Positions 17,973-29,079 of a stretch of 56,768 nucleotides of DNA are shown piece by piece. Position 1 is the first letter of the stretch; each line of letters opens with the position of its first letter. Both the position numbers and the translations under genes were made by a program. This DNA is from an uncultured Lachnospiraceae bacterium (GTDB lineage Bacteria; Bacillota; Clostridia; Lachnospirales; Lachnospiraceae): assembly GCA_965114465.1 (NCBI GenBank), contig CBCOYO010000003.1, positions 677 to 57,444 of the forward strand, read 5' to 3'. Below the pieces are notes generated by a model. The model searched no databases, was not told the DNA's origin, and saw only the letters and a program-made list of their open reading frames with translations.

Positions 17973-20453
17973 TTATCCAGCCAAATAAACACCTGCAAAC
18001 ACATCCATTACATTTTCCTTTAACTCCTCTACCTCATAGTCCACAATATGTACCCAGCCCTGTTGTCCGTTCTCAGTTTCAAGCAGCAGCCAGTTCCAAT
18101 CAGCAGACGTTTTTAAAAACCGTACTTTCTGCGGCGGTATCATAAAGGTATCTTTGCCTTCTATTTTTCTATGCAGCGGCAGTTCCCGATACAGATCTAC
18201 AAAATTCCTCTTCTGAAAATCGTAGGTTTCTTGTGGCACTTCGTGCAAAAATCCGTTTTCATCCAATTCCAGATAAATTGTAATCCAATCCGACTGCACG
18301 ATTTCCTTATAAAATGGCGCGGTTATTGTTCCATTAGGATTAACCTTGCAATTATGAATATCAATATCCATTGCGCCAGCTTCTATAATTTGCCCGTTTT
18401 CATAGCGGAAAAACCATGTATATGGGTCTGCGCTAGGGCCGTCGTCATATATTGCGAGAAGCAGCGTATTATTTAGATTCAATGCCCATATTGTATTTGC
18501 CATTTGATAATAGTCAATATCTTGATACGCCTCGCCAATCTGCAATTGATGCGGTGTCAATTGCAGCACAATTTTCTCTGCCTCCTGATCGCCATCCATA
18601 TCAATATATGCGATATTCTGCCCTTGAACCCTATGAGAAACATTGGCTAAAGTCGGTGCTCGCAAAAGTGCCTGTGTTGTCGCCATCCCAAATCGCTGTG
18701 CCTCCGCATCGGATAATTTATCAATCGTCTTACCGTTAAACACGGTTTCGTTCTCATGATACAACATTGTGCTATATGCACCCTCCGGCACAATGCATCT
18801 TGTTATAATAATACCGTCATCCGCCATCCAAAATTCTGAAATAATCGGCATATCCACCGGAATATCCAGCACAAGGTCACCCATTTCCAATGTACTAAGG
18901 TTTACCCATCGAATCGTATTATCTACCCAATCCAATGCCCCCTCTGTATAGGTTTTGTCTGTTAAAAAATAAAGACATCCCTCAAACAACAACATTTGTG
19001 TGTTTACACCGGCAAAGCCTTTATAAATCTGTCGTTCTTCGCCATTTTTCACGCAGTATATACCATCTTTACGTGCTTGATAAATAACATTATTGTCAGA
19101 AATCTCCTCATAGACCTCGCTGTTTTCTGAATTTCCTAATTCTACTACACTTTCTGTTTCTTCTGAATTTTCTGACTCTCCTATATTTTTTGACTCTCCT
19201 ATATTTTTTGATTCTCCTATATTTCCTGATTCCCCTTTATTTCCTAATTCTCCTATATTTCCTAGTTCCTCTTTATTTCCCCTATTCTGCATATTGGCGG
19301 CATTCGTTATATCCGTGGTGTCTGTCTGAATGCCTAAATTAGAAATCCCCTCACGGATCATTGTCCCTTCCGTCAACGTTCCTGCTTTATGGTTGACAGA
19401 GGGCACTGTTAAAAATATGCTGCCAATCACAACCGCAAGCACAACAGCCAGCACGGATACGAAAGCAACTGGCTTGCGATAACGCAGTATCCGCTTAATT
19501 CTGCTTTTGGGCTCTTCCGCACCAAAGGCAATCGGACTTGGCAGCCTGCTCTTTCGTTCCCGTGCCAAAGCAAGCAACGACTCGCTGTAGTCCTCTTTCT
19601 TGTCTGCTCCAAGCCTTGCAAGCACCCGTTCATCACAGCACCTTTCCAAATCACCTTGAAAGACACCATACATCACCCACAAAAATGGATTAAACCAATG
19701 CATACTAACCACAAGATAAGAAAAGATTTTCCATAAATAATCCAAATATTGAATATGCATTTGCTCATGCAATACAATATGCTCCCGCTGCTGTTTAGAC
19801 AAATGCGGAATTAAATATATCCGTGGATGCAAAATCCCCACAACACAAGGCGACGAAACCATATCTGTTTCATAAATAGTTGTTTCAAGGTTTGTAACCT
19901 TTATCGCAAAACGCAGCCTTCGCTTTAGGCGAAAATAGGAAAACGCAGCCCAGCCCCACAGTACCGCTACCCCAAAAGCCCAAATATATGCTGCAAATAT
20001 CAGAAGAATTTCTGCCGTTTTACGTGATTTTTTTACGGACTCTGCACGATTATTAGTGTCAAAATCCACTCTGCCCGATTCTTGTACGCCCTTATTTTTC
20101 TGGATATCTCCATGTTTTTCATAGAAATCGGAAGCCTGTATCGTTTCTGTTTCTTCCATATATAATCTGTTAAAATCCAGTGACGTTTCTATTGTGCCGG
20201 AAATATTTGCAATCCCCAGCAGGCTTATGGAAGAGGAAAATGAAAATGGGAACAACAGCCGTACTCCCACTAGCCCCCAAAGTACCAGTACAATCCATCT
20301 TGGTGCTTGCAAGCGATCCATTAAAAATCCCGCAAACAGCACACCAACTCCTGCAATTGTTCCATATAGACTTAGGCGCAATACACAGCCAAACAGCCTT
20401 ACTACCGTATCCGTAGCAAACCATTGTAAAAATTCTGCCATTACCACATTCAC
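17973..20453 (-). CDS. M56 (BlaR1/MecR1-like) membrane metallopeptidase with large extracellular domain
   Basis: SPCVVGILHPRIY, HEQMH, HWFNP, ERCCDE; start set at GTG 20453 after GAGGGG. Confidence 0.9.
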   Translation of the reverse strand: MNVVMAEFLQWFATDTVVRLFGCVLRLSLYGTIAGVGVLFAGFLMDRLQAPRWIVLVLWGLVGVRLLFPFSFSSSISLLGIANISGTIETSLDFNRLYMEETETIQASDFYEKHGDIQKNKGVQESGRVDFDTNNRAESVKKSRKTAEILLIFAAYIWAFGVAVLWGWAAFSYFRLKRRLRFAIKVTNLETTIYETDMVSSPCVVGILHPRIYLIPHLSKQQREHIVLHEQMHIQYLDYLWKIFSYLVVSMHWFNPFLWVMYGVFQGDLERCCDERVLARLGADKKEDYSESLLALARERKSRLPSPIAFGAEEPKSRIKRILRYRKPVAFVSVLAVVLAVVIGSIFLTVPSVNHKAGTLTEGTMIREGISNLGIQTDTTDITNAANMQNRGNKEELGNIGELGNKGESGNIGESKNIGESKNIGESENSEETESVVELGNSENSEVYEEISDNNVIYQARKDGIYCVKNGEERQIYKGFAGVNTQMLLFEGCLYFLTDKTYTEGALDWVDNTIRWVNLSTLEMGDLVLDIPVDMPIISEFWMADDGIIITRCIVPEGAYSTMLYHENETVFNGKTIDKLSDAEAQRFGMATTQALLRAPTLANVSHRVQGQNIAYIDMDGDQEAEKIVLQLTPHQLQIGEAYQDIDYYQMANTIWALNLNNTLLLAIYDDGPSADPYTWFFRYENGQIIEAGAMDIDIHNCKVNPNGTITAPFYKEIVQSDWITIYLELDENGFLHEVPQETYDFQKRNFVDLYRELPLHRKIEGKDTFMIPPQKVRFLKTSADWNWLLLETENGQQGWVHIVDYEVEELKENVMDVFAGVYLAG
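19130..19285 (-). repeat. In-frame 18-bp tandem repeats in M56 linker
   Basis: Encodes GNKEEL-GNIGEL-GNKGES-GNIGES-KNIGES-KNIGES. Confidence 0.8.
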
Positions 20454-20466
20454 ATCAATCCCCTCC

Positions 20467-20835
20467 TCACTTATTTTGTTCTCGACTCTCATCAATCAAC
20501 CGTTGTATTTCATCTGCCTCTGCGTCGCTGATACGCCGTCTTTTTACAAATGCCGCAATAAACGCTGGCAGAGAACCTCCAAACGTATCTTCTACAAACT
20601 GTTCACTCTGTTTTCCGCTAAAAACCTCCTTCGAAATTAACACAACAACCGTTCCATTGTTATTTTGAAAAATCCCCCGCTGGCAAAGTCGTTTCAGCAT
20701 AGTATAGGTTGTCGTCCGCTTCCAGTCAAATTCCTGCTGGCATAACTTCACCAATTCCGCTGTGCTTATCGGTGCAGATTGCCATATAAGGTCTGCAAAA
20801 CGCCCCTCCATTACCCCTAACTTATATTCTTGCAT
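20467..20835 (-). CDS. BlaI/MecI/CopY-family repressor
   Basis: WKRTTTYTMLKRLCQRG, FGGSLPAFIAAF. Confidence 0.93.
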   Translation of the reverse strand: MQEYKLGVMEGRFADLIWQSAPISTAELVKLCQQEFDWKRTTTYTMLKRLCQRGIFQNNNGTVVVLISKEVFSGKQSEQFVEDTFGGSLPAFIAAFVKRRRISDAEADEIQRLIDESREQNK

Positions 20836-20879
20836 ACACTAGCCGCCTCTCATTCCCTTATATTTTCTATTTGTTCCAT

Positions 20880-20924
20880 TTGTCTAATGTCATTAGACAA
20901 TTTTAGTCTAACATTATTAGACAA
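20880..20924. promoter_or_regulatory. Tandem BlaI-type operators overlapping the blaI promoter
   Basis: Perfect palindrome TTGTCTAATG-T-CATTAGACAA plus second copy TAGTCTAACATTATTAGACAA; minus-strand TTGACA at 20929-20934. Confidence 0.75.
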
Positions 20925-21042
20925 TATTTGTCAAGCACAGTGTGTAAAAATGTGCGCCTTTTGCGCAGAATTAACACCGCACTTCCCTTGCAATTATTAT
21001 ATACTTTTCTTATACTCACGAGAGATATATCCTACTGTATTG

Positions 21043-21125
21043 GTTACAATTAACATCAACACCAGATTTTGCACAAATTTACGAACATTCGGTATGAATT
21101 GCAACAGTTAATGCACACAAAATGC
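21043..21125. repeat. Family E dispersed element
   Basis: GTTACAATT...TTTACGAACATTCGGT.TGAATTGCAACA..ATGCACACAA, also at 51518 and 55852/55980. Confidence 0.8.
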
Positions 21126-21283
21126 CCCAAAACAGGTATTTGGGTGCTGGTTTCGACACCATGCAGCAAGTGCATGGCATGGGTGTGAAAAGTACTTTGT
21201 ATTGTTCAAGATAATAACACTCATGTGTTTGTGGTATTGGCAAACCTTCGTGTTCATCAATATAAATTAAAGGAGATTAGCTT

Positions 21284-22990
21284 ATGAAATTAAAAGGAAA
21301 ATTTCTGGCTTTGTCACTAGTTCCTGTTATTGCATTAGGCGTTCTTATGTTTCTTATTGCGGCGGATCGCATAGCAAACGGCATTTATGACGAAGCTTAT
21401 GTTGGTATGCAGGCAACTGCTCTGGCAGTCCGTGATATTTTTGAGGAGGGCAACCGCGGCCCATATCATATGGACGAAAACGGATATCTATGGAAAGGCG
21501 ATTCGCTGAATATCTCGCTGGCTAACAATATTACTGACCATATTAAAGAAAACACTGGTATGGAAGTAACGATATTCTGGGGGAATACTCGCATCCTTAC
21601 CTCCATTGTAAATGCGCAAGGTGCGCGTCAAATTCAGACGCAGGCATCCGCAGAGGTCACCGATCATGTACTAAAAGGCGGCGGTACATATCAAAATCGA
21701 AATGTTGAAATTTTAGGGACAAAATATATCGTATGTTATATTCCATTTTATCAGGAAAACACAAATGAGGCTGTGGGAATGGTATTCCTTGGCACACCAC
21801 AGAAAACAGTTTCCACAATTATTAATCGAGTAAGAGGACAGTTACTCTTGATTATTTTATGTATGCTGATTCTTGTTTCTGTGGCTTCCTATATTATGAT
21901 AAACCGCCTTGTTTCGGCTTTAAAGAAAAATATGGATGCACTTGACAGCATTGCCAAAGGTGCACTGTATGCTACACTTGATCCATCCATTCTCAAACGA
22001 AAAGACGAAATCGGCGATCTTGGAAAAAATATTATTCGCCTTACAGAAAAACTGCATGAAATAGTAATTGAAATCCATAAAAAAAGCAAAGAACTTCGCA
22101 AAGAGTCGGTAAAAATTGAGAAAATTTCAGACAATGTGTATCAAGTAATGCGTGAAATTAAAAATGCAACACAAGAAATGGCAGGAAGCTGTACTGCACA
22201 AGCAGAAGATGCCAGCAAGGCAAGCACAAATGTTACCGACATGGGTGAAATGATTGCTCACAATGCGGAGGAAGTCAGCCAACTGCATATTTTATCAGGC
22301 AAGATGAAAGACGGCACTGCCGAAGCGCTTACACAGTTTACACGTTTAAATCAAGTAATGATGCAGGTGCACGAAGCAATTAATTTTCTCGCACAACAGA
22401 CAACACTGACCAATGAATCCGTATCAAAAATTAGTTCTGCTGCGGAACTAATTACCGCCCTTGCCTCACAAACCAATTTATTATCCCTAAATGCCAGCAT
22501 CGAAGCGGCGCATGCTGGTGAACATGGCAGAGGATTTGCGGTTGTTGCCTCCGAAATCCAGCAGCTTGCAGAGCAGTCAAACCGCGCTGCCGGAGAAATT
22601 CAAAAAATGATCCTGAATTTAAACAGCAACTCCCATGAATCACTTGAACGTGTCAAAAAAGTGCAGGGAATTATGAAACAGCAGGAAGAAAATATCCAGC
22701 AGACAAATGAACTTTTCCAAACTGTCTGTAATAACGTAGAACAATCCGCGGAAAGCATGGACACAATTATGGAAAAATCCATTAATTTAGAAGATATCCG
22801 CACCAATACCATAACAATTGTACAAAACTCCGCCGCACTCTCGCAGGAAAATTCTGCAAGTATTGAAGAGGTTATGGCATCCATTGAAAATATTTACCAA
22901 GAACTCGGCGATATTTCACAGAAAACAAAGTTTTTAAGCGGTTTATCACAGGAAATGTCTGAAAGTGTAGACGTGTTCCAATTAGAATAA
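21284..22990 (+). CDS. Methyl-accepting chemotaxis protein with Cache and HAMP domains
   Basis: [12 protein letters not shown] Cache motif, [37 protein letters not shown]. Confidence 0.95.
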   Translation: MKLKGKFLALSLVPVIALGVLMFLIAADRIANGIYDEAYVGMQATALAVRDIFEEGNRGPYHMDENGYLWKGDSLNISLANNITDHIKENTGMEVTIFWGNTRILTSIVNAQGARQIQTQASAEVTDHVLKGGGTYQNRNVEILGTKYIVCYIPFYQENTNEAVGMVFLGTPQKTVSTIINRVRGQLLLIILCMLILVSVASYIMINRLVSALKKNMDALDSIAKGALYATLDPSILKRKDEIGDLGKNIIRLTEKLHEIVIEIHKKSKELRKESVKIEKISDNVYQVMREIKNATQEMAGSCTAQAEDASKASTNVTDMGEMIAHNAEEVSQLHILSGKMKDGTAEALTQFTRLNQVMMQVHEAINFLAQQTTLTNESVSKISSAAELITALASQTNLLSLNASIEAAHAGEHGRGFAVVASEIQQLAEQSNRAAGEIQKMILNLNSNSHESLERVKKVQGIMKQQEENIQQTNELFQTVCNNVEQSAESMDTIMEKSINLEDIRTNTITIVQNSAALSQENSASIEEVMASIENIYQELGDISQKTKFLSGLSQEMSESVDVFQLE

Positions 22991-23016
22991 ATTTTGCCAG
23001 TTCCCCCTTCCAAAAA

Positions 23017-23064
23017 TGCTCCTTTTTGGATAAATGCCAACCTACAGCATCCCAAAAAGGAGCA
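23017..23064. terminator. Hairpin between convergent MCP genes
   Basis: TGCTCCTTTTTGG / CCAAAAAGGAGCA inverted repeat. Confidence 0.6.
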
Positions 23065-23069
23065 AATCG

Positions 23070-24597
23070 TTAATCTTGTTCTAACAGTGCTTCTAATTCT
23101 TCTACCATTTCATTAATATTCTCTACTTGCTTCGACAGAGTAAGTACTTCTTCACTGTTGCTCTGCACCATAGCTGTGATATTCGTAAATCCCTCGTTCT
23201 CCGTGCGGATACGCTTTGCAATATCCTCGTTAATGTCCACAGTTCCTTGAATTACACGATTCTGCGTTCCGCGGATCGTATCCACTTCTTCGATAGCATC
23301 CACAGAGGATTTTAGCAGATCCATCATATTGCGGACAGCTTTTACGGTTTCAACAATTACCTTATTTTGGCTTAACAATTGCTGGGCTGTCTGGCTTACA
23401 ATCTTAGAAACATCCTCTGTTCCAGACTGTACACGTCCCACAACATTATTAACATCCTGCAAAGAATCCTTAGTATTTGCTGCCAAATGTCCTACTTCCT
23501 GTGCAACAACAGCAAAACCGCGTCCAACTTCTCCTGCGCGTGCTGCTTCAATAGACGCATTCAACGCAAGAAGATTTATCGACTCTGCAATCTCATTAAT
23601 AATATCCAGTGTTCTGCCAATTTCACCGGATTCTGACAATAGCTTATCTGTCACTTCCATTGTCTTATTTGTCGAACTCTCTACTGCCTCACTCATCTGA
23701 ATTAAGTGATTGAGCGCCTTTTCATTGGATGCGGAAATCTCCACCAATTCCTTAGAAATACGGTCAACCTCCTGCATTTTCAGTTCCATTGTGCGGCTGC
23801 TTTCTTCCAAATTCACTAAGTTCTCTTGACTCTGCTCTGATTTATCCAGCATTGTTGCATTGCTGTCTAATAGTGTTTCACTAATTGCTGCAAGTTCCTC
23901 TGTAGAAGCGCTCTCTGTCTGTGCTGTACCAACAAGCACTTGGCTTGCGCTGCCTAACTGCGTTGCAATTTCATTGACCTTCTGCAGCAGCATCTGCACC
24001 TTTTCGGTATTCCTCTCCAATTGCTCCTTCTTAGCATTAAGCAGATACCGATCCATAAAACCCATCAGCAAAATTACGCCTGCAAGGCTTAATGTAATGC
24101 AAATGATACGCAATATCCAGTCTGTAATCAGCATGGGCTCTACGGGTCTTGACGCTGGGTTAAACGCAAATAAAATTGCCAATGACAGCGCTTCACATCC
24201 ACAGCAAATCAGGATATACTTCATATCCAGAAAAAATGACATTAATACTAGGAAATAAAAGGCAAACATCCATGATTCTTTTGACGGAAATATCCATGTA
24301 ATCATATTAAGATTGATAATTAACAGGAGTAAGAGAAATATTTTAACCCCCCCCCCCGTATGATTCTGGAAGTACATCATATTGCAGGCTTCTTTTAATT
24401 AAATAAGCACCAGTAATATCCTCCATAATCACCGCACCGATAAAAAATACAATTGCTCCCATTTTTACCGACGGATAAAAACCCAGCACCGTCAAGCCGG
24501 GCAGAACCACAGCGGCGGCAGTCGCGCTTACCAGCACAATTGCCAGCAACAAAATCACAACCTTTTTCCTATACTCTTGTAAAACCTCATTTCCCAT
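23070..24597 (-). pseudogene. Polytopic-membrane MCP split by a frameshift at a G11 tract (24347-24357); possibly phase-variable
   Basis: ORF from ATG 24597 ends YGGGG*; downstream ORF continues VKIFLL... to [26 protein letters not shown]; G10 fuses them. Confidence 0.85.
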
Positions 24598-24614
24598 CTG
24601 CAATCTCCTCCATA

Positions 24615-25616
24615 TTATAATTTGTACAATATGGCATTCATAGAATAGCCCGCCGCAACGGAACAGAATATTAAATATCCTTCTTCCTGCCCTAACGATT
24701 CCCAAACTTCGTTCAGCGCCATAATCGGACTAGAAACACCTGTATAACCGTACTTATCCCCTACAAATATGTACTTTTCTTTACTGACTCCCAATTTTTC
24801 CAATGTTAAAAGGTTGTCTGCATCAGAAAACTGTGAGAAGACAAAACGTTTTACTTCGTCCAGCGGTACATGATGGTTTTCCAATACCCGCTTAATAATT
24901 TTGACCCAATTATCAGACAAGAAGCTAAAATCAAAAGGATTCCATGCCATTCGGCGGTTTTCTTTTGGAACTTCATATAGCAATTCTTTTGAATGGCCAC
25001 ATTCTGGTAATACTATTGTATCATGATAATGTGAATCTGTTAAGTACTCTGAGTCTAAAATTCCTCTTTTTTCCTCCTCAGGTACATTTTCCATTATTAA
25101 TGCTGCACCCGAATCCCCAAAACTGGGATATGATACAGAATCACGATATTTTACCACCGAACTAACGTGCATACTTCCAACCAGCAATGCTTTGCGAATC
25201 GATGGCCGCTGCTGCATATAACCTGCCATCACATCCATTGCCACCAGCATCCCCGTACAGTTGCAGTTCATATCATATACTCTATGTGCATTATCTGCTC
25301 CCAGCATATGATTGAGTTTCAATGCATTTGTCGGCATATTATATTCCGGCGTATCGGTTGCAAAAACAATCATATCCAGTTCTTTTGCATCCATATTCAG
25401 TTTTTCCAGCGCGTTTACTGCCGCTGCATATCCCATTGAAAGCGATGACTCGTCCCTATCTGCCAAAAACCGTTTCCTTCTATTTAAGTGTGTCATTAAT
25501 CCCTTTACTTCCACGCCCAGCCGCCTGAAATATTCCTCAAAATATTCATTGCTGACTTCATTTTTGGGGAGATAGATGCCTGTTCCTCTAATAACAATAT
25601 TCTGCTCCATCAGCAA
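24615..25616 (-). CDS. FabH/KAS III-like thiolase-fold enzyme with non-canonical active site
   Basis: GTGIYLP, DMNCNCTG (catalytic Cys), FGDSGAA; SQFS and YGYTG replace HQAN and YGNT. Confidence 0.85.
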   Translation of the reverse strand: MLMEQNIVIRGTGIYLPKNEVSNEYFEEYFRRLGVEVKGLMTHLNRRKRFLADRDESSLSMGYAAAVNALEKLNMDAKELDMIVFATDTPEYNMPTNALKLNHMLGADNAHRVYDMNCNCTGMLVAMDVMAGYMQQRPSIRKALLVGSMHVSSVVKYRDSVSYPSFGDSGAALIMENVPEEEKRGILDSEYLTDSHYHDTIVLPECGHSKELLYEVPKENRRMAWNPFDFSFLSDNWVKIIKRVLENHHVPLDEVKRFVFSQFSDADNLLTLEKLGVSKEKYIFVGDKYGYTGVSSPIMALNEVWESLGQEEGYLIFCSVAAGYSMNAILYKL

Positions 25617-25693
25617 CCTCCTTGGACTCTAAACCTTTGTTCCAGTTCAACCTTGCCGGACTGGAACAAACAATCTTAAATACTTCTAAAATT

Positions 25694-26485
25694 TTAACTG
25701 TTAAGCAGTATACATTGTGCAATAAATGCCAAAATTCCATTTTTCACGGTTTCCGGATCTTCAAATATTGCTGCATGTCCTTTATAAGGAATCATAAGCA
25801 GCTCACTACCCGGAATCTTTTTCCATGTTTCAATCGCTGCCGTAGGTAAAACAATCTTGTCATCACTACCTTGTACCAAAAGTGTAGGAATCTGAATTTC
25901 GCCGCATTCTTCCAATCGGTTGTATCGGTTTGATGCCATTAAATCTCCATACCCGATAATATCGTCCACTTTTGTAGTTAAAAACATATTTTCGATTTTC
26001 TCTGCATCTTGCTTTGGCGTATTGAGTCCGAAAAGGTTATCTGTTATATCGGCCGTTCGAAACTGCTCTGGCGGCATTGCCTTAAGCTCATCCACAAGCG
26101 GTGTATGATTCTTTAAATCCGCGCCACTGCCCAAAAATACAATGCCTTTTAATGTAATCTTCTTGCGGAGTGCAACTTCACAGGTAATTGCCCCTCCCAT
26201 GGAATATCCCAATAAAATTACATTTTCAGAAGCAATTTTCTGCTGCTGCAACTGTGTTATGGTATATTCTACATCCTCTGCAAAGACATTCAGATTCTCT
26301 GGCTCTTCGCCAGCAGATTTCCCATGCGCAGTTAAGTCAAACGCCATACAGTTATAATCTGGAAATGCTTTTGCGAGAACAAGCATTCCCTCCTTTGTCA
26401 TTGTAGAACCATGCAGAAACACCAGCGTTATTTCGCTGTCCTTGTTCCCAACACACTCATACACCAACATATTTTTCCTTTCCAT
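25694..26485 (-). CDS. Alpha/beta hydrolase
   Basis: VFLHGS, GYSMGG nucleophile elbow, GSDDKIV, KGHA. Confidence 0.92.
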   Translation of the reverse strand: MERKNMLVYECVGNKDSEITLVFLHGSTMTKEGMLVLAKAFPDYNCMAFDLTAHGKSAGEEPENLNVFAEDVEYTITQLQQQKIASENVILLGYSMGGAITCEVALRKKITLKGIVFLGSGADLKNHTPLVDELKAMPPEQFRTADITDNLFGLNTPKQDAEKIENMFLTTKVDDIIGYGDLMASNRYNRLEECGEIQIPTLLVQGSDDKIVLPTAAIETWKKIPGSELLMIPYKGHAAIFEDPETVKNGILAFIAQCILLNS

Positions 26486-26708
26486 TTCTTTACCTCCGTT
26501 TCTCTTGTTTTTTGTGTATAGAATTGTTCTGCCAAAAAATGGCAAAAAGTACTATGTTTTTCATTATACCACAGTATTACAATTATGCATAGAGGAAAAA
26601 TATTTTATTTTTATTTCAATTGAGTTGAGAGGATATATCTTTCCTGCTCGCCGCGCGACCCGTACACCGCCTTAGCGGCATATTTCCTGTGCATGGGTAT
26701 GCACGCAA

Positions 26709-26740
26709 AAAACGGCGCAGCCTATAAGCTACACCGTTTT
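26709..26740 (-). terminator. Intrinsic terminator after aminotransferase
   Basis: AAAACGGTGTAGC-loop-GCTGCGCCGTTTTTT. Confidence 0.7.
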
Positions 26741-26816
26741 CAAAACAAATTTCTAATTATTCTGTTCTTACCTGCAAATAATTAGATTTTTTAGCCACAC
26801 AGCACATATTGTCCAT

Positions 26817-28106
26817 TTATGCTTCTTCGCCTAAAATCTTCTCAATTGCTGCAAGCTTAATGCACAATACAAATACCTCACAGGCTTTCGTAAGTTCATC
26901 TGGCGTCGGAAGCGTTGGCGCAATACGGATACTCGTATCTTTAGGGTCTTTCTTATAGGGATAAGTCGACCCTGCGGGTGTCATAATAACGCCTGCTTCT
27001 TTACACAATGCGATTGTGCGCTTTGCGCAGCCCTCCAATGTATCGAATGCGATAAAATACCCGCCAAGCGGCTTAATCCATGTACCAATCCCAAGACCGC
27101 CAATCTCCCTGTCAAGGCAATCAAGAACTGCCTCAAATTTCGGACGCAGTATCTCGGCATGTTTTTTCATATGTTCGCGCATATTATCAGCATTCTTAAA
27201 AAACATAACATGACGCATTTGATTTAGCTTATCATGACCAATCGTCTGAATTGCCATCTGCTTCCTTGTTTCCGCAAGGTTGGCTGGGGATGCTACCAGC
27301 GCAGCCACACCCGATCCAGGGAATGTCACTTTAGAGGTCGAACAGATTTCAAAATAAATATCAGGATTTCCTGCCTTTTCACACTCTGTTACAATATTTA
27401 AAATCTCCGTCTTATTCTCTGGATATAAGTCATGAATCGCATATGCATTATCCCAGAAAATTCGAAAATCTGGTGCTGCTGGCTTTAAGTTTGCGAAACG
27501 CCGTACTACTTCATCAGAATAGACAGCACCTGCCGGATTCGTATATTTCGGTACATTCCAAATACCTTTTACAGCAGGATCGTTGTTGACATATTTTTCT
27601 ACCATATCCATATCAGGGCCGTTTTCGTCCATTGGAATATTAATCATTTGAATGCCGAAACTCTCCGTAATAGCAAAGTGTCTGTCGTATCCCGGCACAG
27701 GACATAGGAACTTTACTTCATCGAGCTTGCACCAAGGTGTATTGCCAAAAATACCGTGTGTCATTGCCCTTGAAACTAAGTCGTACATAATATTGAGGCT
27801 GGAATTGCCGCAAACCAATATATGATCCACCGAACAATCCATCATTCCTGCAAAAAGTTCCCGTGCTTCCATAATTCCGTCCAAAACGCCGTAATTGCGG
27901 ATATCCATACCATCAGCGCCCTCAAAGGCAACCTTGCTGGTAAGCAAGTCAAGCATCGGTGCGGATAAATCAAGCTGGTCTGCGCCAGGTCTGCCACGGG
28001 ACATATCCAGTTTAATGCCTTGTTCTTTTAGCTTTTCATACTGCGCTTTTAATTCTACTTGCAATGCGCGCAGTTCCTCTTTGCTCATTTCCTTGTACGC
28101 TTTCAT
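26817..28106 (-). CDS. PLP-dependent class I/II aminotransferase (aspartate aminotransferase-like)
   Basis: LDMSRGRP, PVPGYDRHF, WDNAY, STSKVTFPG (PLP Lys). Confidence 0.9.
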   Translation of the reverse strand: MKAYKEMSKEELRALQVELKAQYEKLKEQGIKLDMSRGRPGADQLDLSAPMLDLLTSKVAFEGADGMDIRNYGVLDGIMEARELFAGMMDCSVDHILVCGNSSLNIMYDLVSRAMTHGIFGNTPWCKLDEVKFLCPVPGYDRHFAITESFGIQMINIPMDENGPDMDMVEKYVNNDPAVKGIWNVPKYTNPAGAVYSDEVVRRFANLKPAAPDFRIFWDNAYAIHDLYPENKTEILNIVTECEKAGNPDIYFEICSTSKVTFPGSGVAALVASPANLAETRKQMAIQTIGHDKLNQMRHVMFFKNADNMREHMKKHAEILRPKFEAVLDCLDREIGGLGIGTWIKPLGGYFIAFDTLEGCAKRTIALCKEAGVIMTPAGSTYPYKKDPKDTSIRIAPTLPTPDELTKACEVFVLCIKLAAIEKILGEEA

Positions 28107-28337
28107 TATAATACGCTCCTTTTTCTACAAATAATTTCCAGTCTGCCAAACGGTATTTTGAAATAATTCGTTAAAAATAATATTTTTTCCTACCATACTA
28201 TATAACATTTCCCCGCTGTCTGTCAATAACTTGTATACATGTATATTTTATATTTATGAAATATTCTATTCTTTTGGTAATAATTTGCTGATTTTTGTGC
28301 ATTTTTACAAAAAAAATCCCCTATATTCTAAATTTGT

Positions 28338-29003
28338 TTAAAATTCCCTATGTTCTACAATATGCTTCGATATAAAATATGATATCATTAGTACAGCAAT
28401 AATGCAGACCGCAGGTATAGCCAAAAACGCACCAATTCCGCTTTCTGATAAATCATCCAATGTATGGACAAGATTCGCCAGTATATCTGGCCCTATTCGA
28501 TACAATATATATGCCAATATAAAAGTAACGCCAATTGTCACCATTATCACAAGGCGGCTTTTCTCTGCGCCATACTTTAGCTGTATCGGCATTTCAATTG
28601 CCACCATAAAATATGCCACAAACAGCGTTGCAATGCTGCCAGCAAGATATCCTGCAAGTTCCAAATCCTCGGCACGGATCACACATATCGTATAAGAAAT
28701 AACATTCATTGCTGCCCAAGGTATTGTCGTAACAAGAAATGCAAACAAATATTTTTCCCTAACATAATCTTTCCTTACAATTGGCATCGTAAACAGATAT
28801 GCTGCGCCATTATCTAACTCATCATAACTTAATGTTGTCAGCGTAAAAAACGCCAGCATTATAGTACAATATCCAATGGCAAAACTCGCCTGCTGTGTCA
28901 TCGTAAAAAACACGTAAAAAAGTATTACCATAACGCCAAACTGCCTTTGATTGATTATTAATTTCCAATCTTTAATTAACAAGCCTTTTATTGAATTTTC
29001 CAT
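28338..29003 (-). CDS. ABC-2 transporter permease
   Basis: KGLLIKD, SYDE...YLFTMPI.RKDYVREKY; 6 TM. Confidence 0.88.
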   Translation of the reverse strand: MENSIKGLLIKDWKLIINQRQFGVMVILFYVFFTMTQQASFAIGYCTIMLAFFTLTTLSYDELDNGAAYLFTMPIVRKDYVREKYLFAFLVTTIPWAAMNVISYTICVIRAEDLELAGYLAGSIATLFVAYFMVAIEMPIQLKYGAEKSRLVIMVTIGVTFILAYILYRIGPDILANLVHTLDDLSESGIGAFLAIPAVCIIAVLMISYFISKHIVEHREF

Positions 29004-29079
29004 ATTTATTAACGATACTCCTTCCTCCATATCCAAGTCTTAACATTCCTTAGTTTATATTATTTATTAATTCATTTCA

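Noticed and set aside
21235-21260. GGCAAACC upstream of the MCP as a c-di-GMP-I riboswitch
   Set aside because: No GNRA-capped P2 or downstream GACGCAAA element; same for AAGGGCAAAC at ~37974
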